Positions 26,801 to 38,624 of a stretch of 64,000 nucleotides of DNA are shown one piece after another. The notes under the pieces were generated by a model. The model was not told the DNA's origin. It was given only the letters and a program-made list of their open reading frames with translations, and did not search any database. The stretch's first letter is position 1. Each line of letters begins with the position of its first letter. The DNA comes from Camelus dromedarius. Lineage: Eukaryota. The stretch lies in NCBI RefSeq assembly GCF_036321535.1, contig NC_087437.1, positions 32,304,001-32,368,000 of the forward strand. The letters run 5' to 3'. The translations under genes were made by a program, and so were the position numbers.

Positions 26801-27669
26801 AGGAAAACATAGGCAAAACATTATCTGACATACATTTAAAAAATTTTCTCCTAGAAGAAATAAAAGCAAGAATAAACAAATGGGACCTAATGAAACTTAC
26901 AAGCTTCTGCACAGCAAAGGAAACCATAAGTAAAACAAAATGACAACTTACGGAATGGGAGAAAATTTTTGCAAGTGAAACCAACAAAGGCTTGATCTCC
27001 AGAATATATAAGCAGCTCATACGACTCAATAAGAAAAAAATAAACAACCCAATCCAAAAATGGGCAGAAGACCTAAACAAGCAATTCTCCAAGGAAGACA
27101 TACAAATGATCAATAGGCACATGAGAAAATGCTCAATATCACTAATTATCAGAGAAATGCAAATCAAAACTACAATGAGGTATCACCTCACACCAGTCAG
27201 AATGGCCGTCATTCAAAAATCCACAAATGACAAATGCTGGAGAGGCTGTGGAGAATTGGGAACCCTCCTACACTGCTGGTGGGAATGCAGTTTGGTGCAG
27301 CCACTATGGAAAACAGTGTGGAGATTCCTCAAAAGACTAGGAATAGACTTACCATATGACCCAGGAATCCCAATCCTGGGCTTGTATCCAGAAGGAAATC
27401 TACTTCAGGATGACACCTGCACCCCAATGTTCATAGCAGCACTATTTACAATAGCCAAAACATGGAAACAGCCTAAATGTCCATCAACAGGTGACTGGAT
27501 AAAGAAGAGGTGGTATATTTATACAATGGAATACTACTCAGCCATAAAAACCGACAACATACCACCATTTGCAGCAATATGGATGCTTCTGGAGAACGTC
27601 ATTCTAAGTGAAGTAAGCCAGAAAGAGAAAGAAAAATACCATATGAGATCGCTCATATGTGGAATCTAA
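23872..27669 (+). pseudogene. L1 ORF2p (APE endonuclease, reverse transcriptase, C-terminal CCHC) with one premature TGA at 26941-26943
   Basis: EN motifs NVNGLN, QETH, GDFN, SRIDH, TDH. RT motifs QGCPLSP and YADD. The same frame continues after the stop to [18 protein letters not shown] and ends at 27669. Confidence 0.96.
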
Positions 27670-28399
27670 AAAACAAAAACAAAAACATACAAACAAACAA
27701 AAACAAAGCGTAAATAAAGGACAGAAATAGACTCACAGACAGAGAATACAGACTTGTGGTTACCAGGGGGGTGGAGGGTGGGAAGGGATAGACTGGGATT
27801 TCAAAATTGTAGAATAGACTACACTGTATAGCACAGGGAAATATACACAAAATGTTATGATAACTCAGAGAAAAAAATGTGACAATGAGTGTGTATATGT
27901 CCATGAATAACTGAAAAATTGTGCTGAACACTGGAATTTGACACAACATTGTAAAATGATTATAAATCAGTAAAAAATGTTAAAAATAAATAAATAAATA
28001 AAAAGTGATACAACCTCATTAAAAAGTATCTTTGAAAAAGTCACCCAAAATCCCACCACACAGAGATGATCACTTTTAATATATTTAAGCTAATACTTTT
28101 CAGGCACAAATGTATGTATGTGAATATATATTTCTATACTTTATTCTAAAAATGAGATAATGTTGGAAGTATTACTTTGTAACCTATATTTCTTTACTTA
28201 GTAAGTCGTAAACATCCTTTCTTGGCATTGAATTTTTTTCTCCAGTATTTTTAATGTCTACACAGGATTTATTTCATTGAGGGGATACTCTGATTAAATT
28301 TTTAAAGATAAGAGAAAATAAAAATTACCTAAAGTCCTCAAACTCAATAAAAACCACTGTAAATGTTTGTACGAGCAACTTTCCTGAGAGCTCTCCTGC

Positions 28400-29976
28400 A
28401 CAATATTTTGTGCTCTCCATGGTGTTTTTCAATCTGCTTTTAAGCACTTGACAATGGATCAAGGAGAAACTTGCATGTCTCTGCATGTAGCTCTATATCA
28501 TTATTTTAAAGGGCTACATTGTATTCCATTGTAATAGGTGCCATTATTTACACTATGGGTACCCTATTGATGAACATTTCAATTGTTTTGTGTGTGTGTG
28601 TGTGTGTTATTCTAAACAACATTCTGATGGACATCACTTAGATTTTTTTCAGTGAACTTGAATGATTACCTCTTCAGAGTAAATTCTAAACGTGGGGTTG
28701 CTGGAATAAATAGTACATTGTACATTTTTACTACTAAAGTGACTTTCAGAAAAGCATCAGTTTTTAATCTCCACCAAACAGTTTGTAAGAGAACTGTTTT
28801 TCAACACTGGTGAATTATATTAACTCAAAAATTTTGTTTCTGTCCAAAGTGAAATGGTGAAAAATGAAATTTATTGTTTTATTCACATTTTAATTAGAAT
28901 GGTTGTGGTGGAAGGGTATAGCTCAAGTGGTAATTAGCATGGGTGAAATCTTTTCATGTGTTGAATAAATGGTCTGTTCATGTCTTATGCTTTTTTTGTT
29001 GGTCTTTTTTATTGATTTGTAAGAATATTTAGTCAATAATATTTTTTTGTGATCTATCATTTGTCTTGCAAATATTTTTCCCATTTTGCTTGTCTTTCAA
29101 TTTTGTTTATACTTTTAACTGAGTCAAAGTTTACTTTTTGTAGTCAAACTGCTCAATTTTTATGTGCTTTCATTACATGATTAGGAAATTCTTTCCCATC
29201 CAACACTATAAAAGATTATCACCATCTTCTTCAAGAACAGTAATGATTTTATTTTTTATTACTTTTAAAACTTTAATCAACCTAGAATTTATTTATTCTA
29301 AATGGCCATCTAGTTGTATCAATATTATCTATTGGATAATTCATTGTTTCCTTATTAATTTGAAGTATTACATTTATATATTATAAATTCCCATGTATTT
29401 TTAAAAGAACTTGCTTTTAATACAAAAGTAATATGTACATATGATACCAACCCCTGCTAGTTCTTCATTTCCCATCCCTAGAGGGAATTTTTTCCAAAAG
29501 TGCTCTAGGCATACATGAGCATGAGAGGTGTATGTGTAAGTGACATACGTACAGATAAGCATACACATGTGTGCATAATGCATAGATGTACACCTGTGTG
29601 TCCCATTTTATGTTTACATAGATTAAAGCTGTTTATATCTACTGCATGGCAACTAGGTTCTTTTTTTTTAATTAAACAATATATCTTGGAAATTTTTATA
29701 AGATTAACAGAGCTACTTCACCCTTTTTCATAATTGCATAGTATTCTATTGTACTTAGTCACCATTATTTCTTTAGCCAAGTAGCCTGTTCATTGACAAT
29801 TTTTTCAGTCTTTTTTCCTATGATCAACAATGCTATAATGAATATTTAATCGCATTGTTCTTGCACATGTGTGTATATAATATGGGACAAATGTCCCAAA
29901 GTGTCAGCTGCTGGACCAAAAGGGTATGTGTATCTTACATTTGGAAGATACTACAAAATTGTCCTCTAAGGGGTGC
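28400..29976 (-). mobile_element. Ancient L1M (L1MC/ME-like) fragments, with a (TG)n near 28590-28607
   Basis: T-rich degraded L1 3'-end motifs (ATTCCATTG, GATGAACATTT, TTGCAAATATTTTTCC). Confidence 0.65.
28906..28930 (+). mobile_element. Tailless 5' fragment of a tRNA-Ala-derived SINE (Vic-1-like) or tRNA
   Basis: GGAAGGGTATAGCTCAAGTGG (A-box) flanked by direct repeats TAATTAGAATGGTTG (28891-28905) and TAATTAGCATGGGTG (28931-28945). Confidence 0.6.
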
Positions 29977-30325
29977 TGTCTTAGTCCATTTTGGCTGTTA
30001 CAACAAAATACTGCCTGGGTGGCTTAAAACAACAGAAATTTATTGCTTATGGTTCTGGAGGGTGGGAAGTCTAAGATCAAAGTGCCATCATGATCAGGTG
30101 AGGCCCTCTTCCTAGTTACAGACTTCTCATTGTATCATCACCTGGCAGAAAGGGGCAAGGGAGCTCTCTAGGGCCTCTTCCATAAGGGTACTAATATTAT
30201 TTAAGAAGGTGCCACCCTCCTGACCTAATCACCTCCCAAAGGGCACACCTCCTAATACAATCACATTGGAGTTTAGGATTTCAACCTAAGAATTTTTGGA
30301 GACCACAAACATTCAGATCATAGCA
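29977..30325 (-). mobile_element. MaLR solo LTR (MLT1A-like) inserted into old L1
   Basis: TGTCTTAGTCCATTT..GCTG...AAACATTCAGATCATAGCA, with TG...CA termini. Confidence 0.88.
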
Positions 30326-31450
30326 AAGTCAAACCAATTTTGAACTCCCATCTACAGTGAAAGAGCTTGCTTAGATCCTCGTCTCATGTATTTTTTTTTT
30401 AATCTTTCTTTACCTGAAAATTGCAAATGTTACCTATTTATTCAAGTGGATTTCTTTTATTATTAGTGAGAGTGGAAACCTTTCCATGTATTTATAAACC
30501 TGTTTTTTCTTTTTTTAAATGTGAACTCATGTTCCTGTTGCTTACAGAGCTGAGAGAACTTTTTATATATTGAGAAAATTAATCATTTGTCACTAATATA
30601 TGTTTTAAATGTTTCTCTAGTTGGTCATTTATCTTTTGACTGTATTTATGATATTTTTGCTGTGCAGAAAATTTAATTTTTAGGTAGTGAAATTTATTAA
30701 CCTTTAACTTTATGGCTTCTGGGTTTATTTTCTTGCTTAGAAAGGCTTCCATCAATTGAAAATTATAAACAAACTTCATGTTTGCTTCTAGAACTCCTGT
30801 GGTTTCTTTTTTTTATGTTTAAATCTTCGATCCATCTTTCTGTTAGGAGGAATATTGAGTATATTCAGTTTTATTCTTTTCCCAGAGATCTAGATAGTTG
30901 TCCCTAAAACCGTTTATTAAAAACCCCATTTTTCCCATTGATTTTAAATCATGGGTTTATCATATATGAAATTTTCATAAAAAGTTAAGTCTACTTCTCA
31001 ACTCTTCCATTGGTCTAACCTTTCTACTCTATGCTGATCCTGCACAGTTATAATTATTAAGTTTTATAATATATTTTAATGTATGGTAGGACCCTCCAAT
31101 ATTCTTTTCCTACTTTTTCTCACTATTCTTGACAAGTTCCAAAATAAACAAGCAATGCACTAAAAAACAAAACAAAAACAAAAACAAAAACAAAATCTCT
31201 AGTGGGCTTTTTATTGAGATTGCATCAAGTCTGCAGATTAACTTAGGAATTACTTGCATCTTTACATTGTGGAGTCCCTTTGTCTATTTAGCAGGTCTCC
31301 TTTCATGCCCTTGAGTGGTTTTAGAATTTTCTTTATATATTTCCTGCCATTTCTTATTGAGTTTAACTTCAGATGTGTAATGGTGTTTGCTGCTGTTGTG
31401 AATGGGATAATTTCTTCCATTAAAGTTTCTTTCAGATAGTTTGTCTATTT
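30326..31450 (-). mobile_element. Ancient L1M fragment
   Basis: Degraded L1 ORF2/3' motifs (TTTATTGAGATTGCAT, GCTGTTGTGAATGGGAT). Confidence 0.65.
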
Positions 31451-32595
31451 AAAGCAAACTTAAGTGAGACTTTTCCCTTGTCTCACTTCAATACTGATGT
31501 TCTTACTTTTATAGAGAATTCAGATATGTAACCACCAGATTATCAAACAGGAGTCGTGCCTATGACCTACTCCAAACCCCAACCGGGTGTGAAGTGATGA
31601 AGAAATGATAGGAAACACTTACCAAGTAGATTGTTAAAATACAGATAATGGACAATCAATTTAATCTTCAGGTAATTGTACAGTTTTAGAGGGTTTCTAT
31701 AATTTAGAACATTAAAGCAAAGGACAACGTCATTCTTAGTACAAGATAATAACTTCATATGAATCAATGCTGGTGACCAACGCACTATGAACATTTTGTC
31801 ACTGACTCCTGCCCCCTCTTCCCTTTCTTCCTGTCTGTGTCAGAGATGTTTTCTCTTAATGCATTCAAAAGGGCTATTTTGGGATTTGAGTCACCTTTTC
31901 TCCTTGTGTCTCTGCAACAGACACAATCCATCAACCTCCTATCATACACAAAAGAAAAAAAAAATCCACTCTCCAAGATAGCAGTGGCGGTCACTTGGTG
32001 CTGTGTGTTATCATAAGGGCTGAGCCCAGGTTCTCTGATGTTTCTGAGTGTGAATTCTCAGCCACCTCAGATGCCCACATTTGGTGCCCTGCCTGGCTCA
32101 GTTTAGAACAAAACACTTTTCCTGACAGGTTGTGTGGTGCTAATTATATTTCAATTAGCAGTTAGTCAAAGCCCTGCAGAAACCCCAATAACAGCCCTTC
32201 ACAGTTTCTGATAAGAAGTCATATGAACTAAGGCATAATTATTGCATCATGGATAAAGAGGCTACACCTATGTCATAGATCTTTATGTCAATAACTGAAG
32301 TAGTAAATGCTAATTTGGCTGGGTTTGGAAGCTGACCTCACTAATCAAGAGAGAATAAAGAAAAAGAGAACATTATGGTTTCTCAACTGGGTGGGGATAA
32401 CCTGCTATGAAGATGAGAAGCCCAAGAAATGCACTGGGCATGATGATTATTCTTTATGAAGTGGAAAACTAACCTTTAACCAGGGGTTAGACCCTCTTTC
32501 TTTGAGGAAGCAGCTGCCCCACTCCTAATTTACAACAGCCCTATTGCCCAATACATGGACGGGCTGGAAAAGCCTGGAGGTAAACCACACGTACC

Positions 32596-33495
32596 CTGAA
32601 CTGCAGACTCATACGACCAACCACCTACTTGACATCCCCATCCAATTTTAATAGGACTAACAATGCGAGCTTCCGTCCTCCCCCAAACCTGCTCCTCCAA
32701 GAGCCTCCCCACCGTCAAACTCCATTCATGCTTGATAACTCTTGATCTTTCACAGCCCATAGCTGATCCACCAGCAAATCGGGAAGGCTTTACCTTCAAA
32801 CTCTTTCCAAAACCCCAACCACTCCTCACATCCACACTGCTACTATCTGGGTCCAAGCTGCTATCATCTCTCCCAGACTGCTACACTGGCCACATAAGTG
32901 GTCTATTCTCAACAAGCAGCCAGAGTGATTCTGTAAATACTAAATTATGTCCTTTATTCTGCTCAAAACCCTTCAATAGCTCCCCATGACAGAATAAAAG
33001 CCAAGGTACTTACCATGTTCTACAGAGCCCCTGGGATCTGGCCACCAGTCACCACTCTGCCATGGCACTCACCTGTTACACTCCCTTCGCTGCCTTCACT
33101 CTAGACAGCTTGCCACACTGATGTTCCTTCAGGCACCAGGCACGCTCCCACCTGAGCCTTCGCACTTGCCACTTCTTTTCCCCCGTTATCACGTGGCTCA
33201 CTCTCTTACCTCCTTAAGGTCTTTACGTAAATGTCATTTTATCAGTAAATCCTTCCCTGGATATACTGTCTAAAACTGCAACGCCACACTCTTACTTCTC
33301 CCTCTTTCCTTCTTTTTTATCCTCGTCAGTTTTCAGCACCAACATAATTCACATTTTACTTGCTCAGTTATTGCCTGCTTGAGTCTAAGGTTTTGGAGGG
33401 CAAGGGTTTTTGTCTGATTTGTATCCCTTACACTCAGAACAGAGCCTAGCACACCATAGGCTTTATAGTTGTTGAATAAGAGAATGAAAGAATGG
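32596..33495 (+). mobile_element. L2 LINE 3' portion
   Basis: CCTACTTGACATC, CAGCCAGAGTGAT, CTGCTCAAAACCCTTCAAT.GCTCCCCA; ends GTTGAATAAGAGAATGAAAGAATG. Confidence 0.85.
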
Positions 33496-34232
33496 ACAGT
33501 TGAGAGCAAGGGCACAAGATTTTTAACATTAAGCTTTAACAATATACTTATATTTTTACTTTTTAGACTTGGAAGGCTCATTGATAAAGCATATGTTAAT
33601 GCCTTTTCATCACTTGAAAAAATACTATCAAAGCTTTATAGTTTTAATCATCAACTGTTACCCTTTTGTGTTGTTTTATTTTTTCCTGAAGACTCTGAAA
33701 GGCAAAGGAAAGTAGATCTGTGTGGTTCTCAGCTTAAAGTGAAGACTCCACCATTCTCATTATAGTTATGTTGTCATTGGCAAAGACAACAGTGTCCAAT
33801 GTTGTTCTTTTCAGTAGGCAGGGACTAGGGAAGGCTATCACTGGGCCAGTTTAACCCTGAATGTAATGCTGTTAATCCTAAAAGCAAAGTCCAAGATGTT
33901 GCAAGTTAACCTGGTTCAAGTGAAGTCAGCCTAAAAAGAGACAGGTGTCAGCAGAGCCAAAAACATTTAGTGCCAATTAGCAATGATACTAAATCTAATG
34001 TAAAAAAGAGACCAGAATAATCTAACTAAAGTATGCCTGGTGGTACATCTTAGGGATCCAGAGCCTACAATGATGCATGACATGATGTTCTCAGGATCTC
34101 TGCTCATCAGATTGTGGGGTTTGATCACCTCGGTCACTTGGAATTTTATCTCCTACTTTTCCTCTTGATGTAAGTCCTCTACTCATTAAGTACATATCTG
34201 AAAGTGAAGTTTTGTTAAATGAAAGCTAATTT

Positions 34233-36532
34233 TTTAAATACCCATGTTTTCTTTTTATTAAACATTTTTATTGAGTTATAGTCCTTTTACAATGTTGTGT
34301 CAAATTCCAGTGTAGAGCACAATTTTTCAGTTATACATGAACATACATATATTCATTGTCACATTTTTTTTCATGTGAGCTACTACAAGCTCTAGTATAT
34401 ATTTTCCTATGCTATATAGTATAGTATTGTTTATCTATTCTGCATATGCCTGTCAGTACCTACAAATTTTGAAATCCCAGTCTGTCCCGTCCCACCCCCC
34501 CACCCCCTTGGCAACCACAAGTTTGTATTCTATGTCTATGAGTCTGTTTCTGTTTTGTATTTATGTTCTTTTTTTTTTTTTTTTTTTTTTGTATTCCACA
34601 TACGAGCGATCTCATATGGTATTTTTCTTTCTCTTTCTGGCTTACCTCACTTAGAATAACATTCTCCAGGGACATCCATGTTGCTGCAAATGGTGGTATG
34701 TTGTCATTATTATGGCTGAATAGTATTCCACTGTATAAATATACCACTTCTTCTTTATCCACTCATCTGTTGATGGACATTTAGGCTGTTTCCATGTCTT
34801 GGCTATTGTAAATAGTGCTGCTGTGAACACTGGGGTGCATGTGTCTTTTTGAATTAAAGTTCCCTCTGGATATATGCCCAGGAGTGGGATTGTTGGATCA
34901 TATGGTAAGTCTATTTTCAGTTTTTTTGAGGAATCTCCATACTGTTTTCCATGGTGGCTGCACCAAACTGCATTCCCACCAGCAGTGTAGGAGGGTTCCC
35001 TTTTCTCCACAGCCTCTCCAGCATTTGTCATTTGTGGACTTTTGAATGATGGCCATTCTGACTGGTGAGGTGATACTTCATTGTAGTTTTGATTTGCATT
35101 TCTCTGATAATTAGTGATATTGAGCATTTTCTCATGTGCCTATTGATCATTTGTATGTCTTCCTTGGAGAACTGCTTGTTTAGATCTTCTGCCCATTTTT
35201 GGATTGCGTTGTTTATTTTTTTCTTATTAAGTCATATTAGCTACTTATATATTCTGGAGATCAAGCCTTTCTCGGTTTCATTTGCAAAAATTTTCTCCCA
35301 TTCCGTAGGTTGTCTTTTTGTTTTACTTATGGCTTCCTTTGCTGTGCAGAAGCTTGTTAAGTATAATTAGGTCCCATTTGTTTATTCTTGCTTTTATTTC
35401 CATTGCTTGGGTAGACTGCCCTAGGAGAACATTTTTGAGATGTATGTCAAATAATGTTTTGCCTATATTTTCTTCTAGGAGGTTTATTATATCTTGTCTT
35501 ATGTTTAAGTCTTTGATCCATTTTGAGTTTGTTTTTGTGTATGGTGTAAGGGAGTGTTCTAGCTTCACTGATTTACATGCTGCTGTCCAGTCTTCCCAGC
35601 ACCATTTGCTGAAGAGACTGTCTTTATTCCATTGTATATTCTTGCCTCCTTTGTCGAAGATTAGTTGACCAAAAGTTTGTGGGTTCACTTCTGGGCTCTA
35701 TTCTGTTCCATTGGTTCATATGTCTGTTTTTGTACCAATACCATGCTGCCTTGATGACTGTAGCTCTACAGTATTGTCTGAAGTCTGGGAGAGTTATTCC
35801 TCCAGCCTCTTTCTCTTTCTTCAGTAATGCTTTGGCAATTCCAGGTCTTTTGTGGTTCCATATAAATTTTATTATGATTTGTTCTAGTTCTGTGGAATAT
35901 GTCCTGGGTAATTGGATAGGGATTGCGTTAAATCTGTAGATTGCCTTGGGCAGTGTGACCATTTTAACAATATTGATTCTTCCAATCCAAGAGCATGGGA
36001 TATCTTTCCATTTTTTAAAGTTTTCTTTAATTTCCTTCATCAGTGTTTTGTAATTTTCCATGTATAAGTCTTTCACCTCCTTGGTTAGATTTATTCCTAG
36101 GTATTTTATTACTTTGGGTGCTATTTTAAAGGGGATTATTTCTTTGTTTTCTTTTTCTGTTGATTCATTGTTAGTTTAAAGAAATGCAACTGATTTTTGA
36201 ACGTCAATCTTGTAACCTGCTACCTTTCTGAATTCTTTGATCAGTTCTAGTAGTTTTTGTGTGGACCTTTTAGGGTTTTCTATATATAATATCATGTCAT
36301 CTGCATATAGTGACACTTTTACCTCTTCTTTTCCAATTTGGATCCCTTTTATTTCTCTCTCTTGCCTGATTGCTGTGGCTAGGACTTCCAAGATTATGTT
36401 GAATAGGAGTGGTGATAGTGGGCAGCCTTGTCTTGTCCCAGATTTTAGTGGTAAGCTTTTGAGTTTTTCACTGTTGAGTATTATGCTGGCTGTAGGTTTG
36501 TCATATATAGCTTTTATTATGTTGAGATATGT
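34233..36532 (-). mobile_element. 5'-truncated L1 of the same lineage-specific family (about 2.3 kb: RT 3' half, CTD, 3'UTR), with several frameshifts
   Basis: Minus-strand ORF pieces ([30 protein letters not shown]) are highly similar to the full-length copy. TSD TAAATGAAAGCTAATTT at 34216-34232 and 36532-36548. Confidence 0.96.
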
Positions 36533-37570
36533 AAATGAAAGCTAATTTATCCTCATTACACACACTGCTGCTATTTTAATATAGCCAATTTAGGTTTGTT
36601 TTACATTGTCTCTCACCAAGTTGTTCATTTTGTAATGGACTTCTAAAGATTAGAAAACCAGCAACTCAAACATAAAGCCAGGTTACTTTAATATTCAACA
36701 GTAGACTACAACCACACTATGAAAAATAAACCTTTTTCTAACGCTATTTGACTAGTCACTGGAGAGCAGGGAGGGTTTGGAAAGGGTATTCCCAGATTGG
36801 AAGCTGCACAACTCACTTTACATGTACCATATGATTTGGAGATGTGAATGGGATTTGGTACCTAGAATTCCTCTGCACAGAGCAAAAACATACATATGAA
36901 TCTTTCCATATACCTGATTTGATTTTTCCCTTCTCAACAAGTCTCTTTACCCCAATTCCCATGTAAACATTCAGTACCTCTGTCATACCAAGTAAGTTCT
37001 GTGCAGTGAACTATGGAGGCCTGCCTATTTACACTGCAATGTAAATATTCAAGTACAAATAATGTACATCCATGATGCATCCTACAGGAGCAATTTTCCA
37101 GTCTCCCTGGTCCATGGGTCACTTTCTTAAAATAGTGGTATCTGAAGAATGAGATATCAATTCCTCACTTGGATGGGGGTGGGGAGATATGGGGTATGAA
37201 GTACAGCTAATGAGAAAGGCATTCTGTTTCACAACTTGTAAATGTTGGGGCAGATAAGGAGAAGCATTCACCCAGCATTGGGGCTCTATGTTTAGTTTTG
37301 TCCTGCCTTTATTTTTAACTACATTTCAAGGCTGTTGTGTTGAAAGGAAATGTTTGAACACTGTCTCATCCCCGGCTGAACCCTCTACTACACTGGTGGT
37401 GTCATGGAATTCTGCTGTCTCTGGACCCATCAATCAGAATATTTTTTTATCACAGGGCCCCCTAGAAAGTGCTTTCAGGCAACCCAGATCCTGATCATTA
37501 CAGGGAGGGAGTCACTCTCTATCTGCAGTAATAACTAGTGGATTATGACATTCAGGTTTATAATCCAGAA

Positions 37571-37773
37571 TAGCGGTTTTCACTCTGACAGGTTGTGAAA
37601 CTGATTTGATGTAGCACAACCAATATTTTTAAATGAAACACTGTAGAAGAGAAAATACCAAAGGGTATCATATGTAGTAGGAATAAGTGTTGGTTTGCAA
37701 GTTGTGTGTACGTTGAGTATTGATAGGAAAGTGATTGCTTAGTGTAGGTTGTGGTGAAGTTTAAAAGCCATTT
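37571..37773. mobile_element. hAT-Charlie MITE (MER112-like)
   Basis: ATTTTTAAATGAAA...GAAAATA...TGTAGTAGGAATAAGTGTT...AAGTTTAAAAGCCA. Confidence 0.6.
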
Positions 37774-37799
37774 ATGGCAAATAATGAGTATTCACTGAT

Positions 37800-38175
37800 A
37801 TTTGTCTTTTCTCCTCCTTTGTGGTGACATAGCTACATCACTTAAGCCTCTTCTGCAGTTAGGTGAACCCATATGACTGAGTTTTGACCAAGAAAATGTG
37901 AACAGAAGTGCCATGCATTCCTTCCGAACTTTGGCCATGAAAATTTCTCAAACATGATCCTTGCTTTTTCCCCAATTGTAACTGAACTGAAAAGACCCAG
38001 AGGAAGGTGGAGCCATAAGAAGGGAGGAGTCTGGGTCCCTGAAGGTACATGTGGAAGGCTGCTTGCTCATCAGTCCACACTGAACTGTCAAGGGGGTGAA
38101 AAATAAACCATTTGTATTAAGTCACTGCAATTGGGAGTTTGTCATGACATCTAGTTTTACTGGCTCTAACCAACA
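37800..38175 (+). mobile_element. MaLR solo LTR (MLT1J-like)
   Basis: TGCAGTTAGGTG..CCATATGACTGAGTT, GGAGTCTGGGTCCCTGAA and AAATAAACC.TTTGTATTAAG.CACTG. Confidence 0.72.
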
Positions 38176-38624
38176 GAGAACTGATAAAATGGTGAACACC
38201 ATGGTGAAACGCTCTGCTCTCCTGCCTCATCTTACTCCAGCTCCTTTAAAACACAGCACCCGACAAGCACTAAGTGCCACGTCCACAGAGCATGTGAGGC
38301 TTAGTTTTCCTCACAGCCTAGCTGCACGTTTGTGTTTTAACCATGACTGAGACTCCCAGTTGGACCTCGGATTTTTACTCCATTATGTTCAGACCCTTGG
38401 CTCAATGCCTTTTGGTCTGAATCTAACCAAGCCCCTGGGACCTGCCCCACAGCCAGGTCATTCTCCACCAATCTCCTATGGATCCTTATCTATGGTCTGT
38501 GATCTATTTCAGCCTTAGGATGTACGTAGTATCTAACAAACAAAATTTATTTCTGATAAAAATTTTAATTACGTGAGAACATTCTTTTTCCAGGAAAAGA
38601 ATTTGAATATTCCAACACTAACAA

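Larger units (their letters stand above)
20890..27999 (+). mobile_element. Full-length young LINE-1 (about 7.1 kb), lineage-specific family (likely camelid)
   Basis: Starts GGGGAGACGGAGAAGATGGCGG (YY1-type motif), then a CpG-rich 5'UTR, ORF1, ORF2, a 3'UTR with a G-rich tract and a (TAAA)n tail. Flanked by the identical TSD AAAAAGTGATACAACC at 20874-20889 and 28000-28015, at a TT/AAAA endonuclease site. Confidence 0.98.

Noticed and set aside
26992..27669. Separate 225-aa gene
   Set aside because: It is the in-frame C-terminal remainder of L1 ORF2 after the nonsense codon.
22667..27949. Many minus-strand ORFs rich in F/L/S/I over the full-length L1
   Set aside because: They are antisense shadows of A-rich L1 coding sequence and are typical of all L1s.
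28906..28945. Functional tRNA gene
   Set aside because: Only the 5' A-box part is present, with no B-box or cloverleaf.
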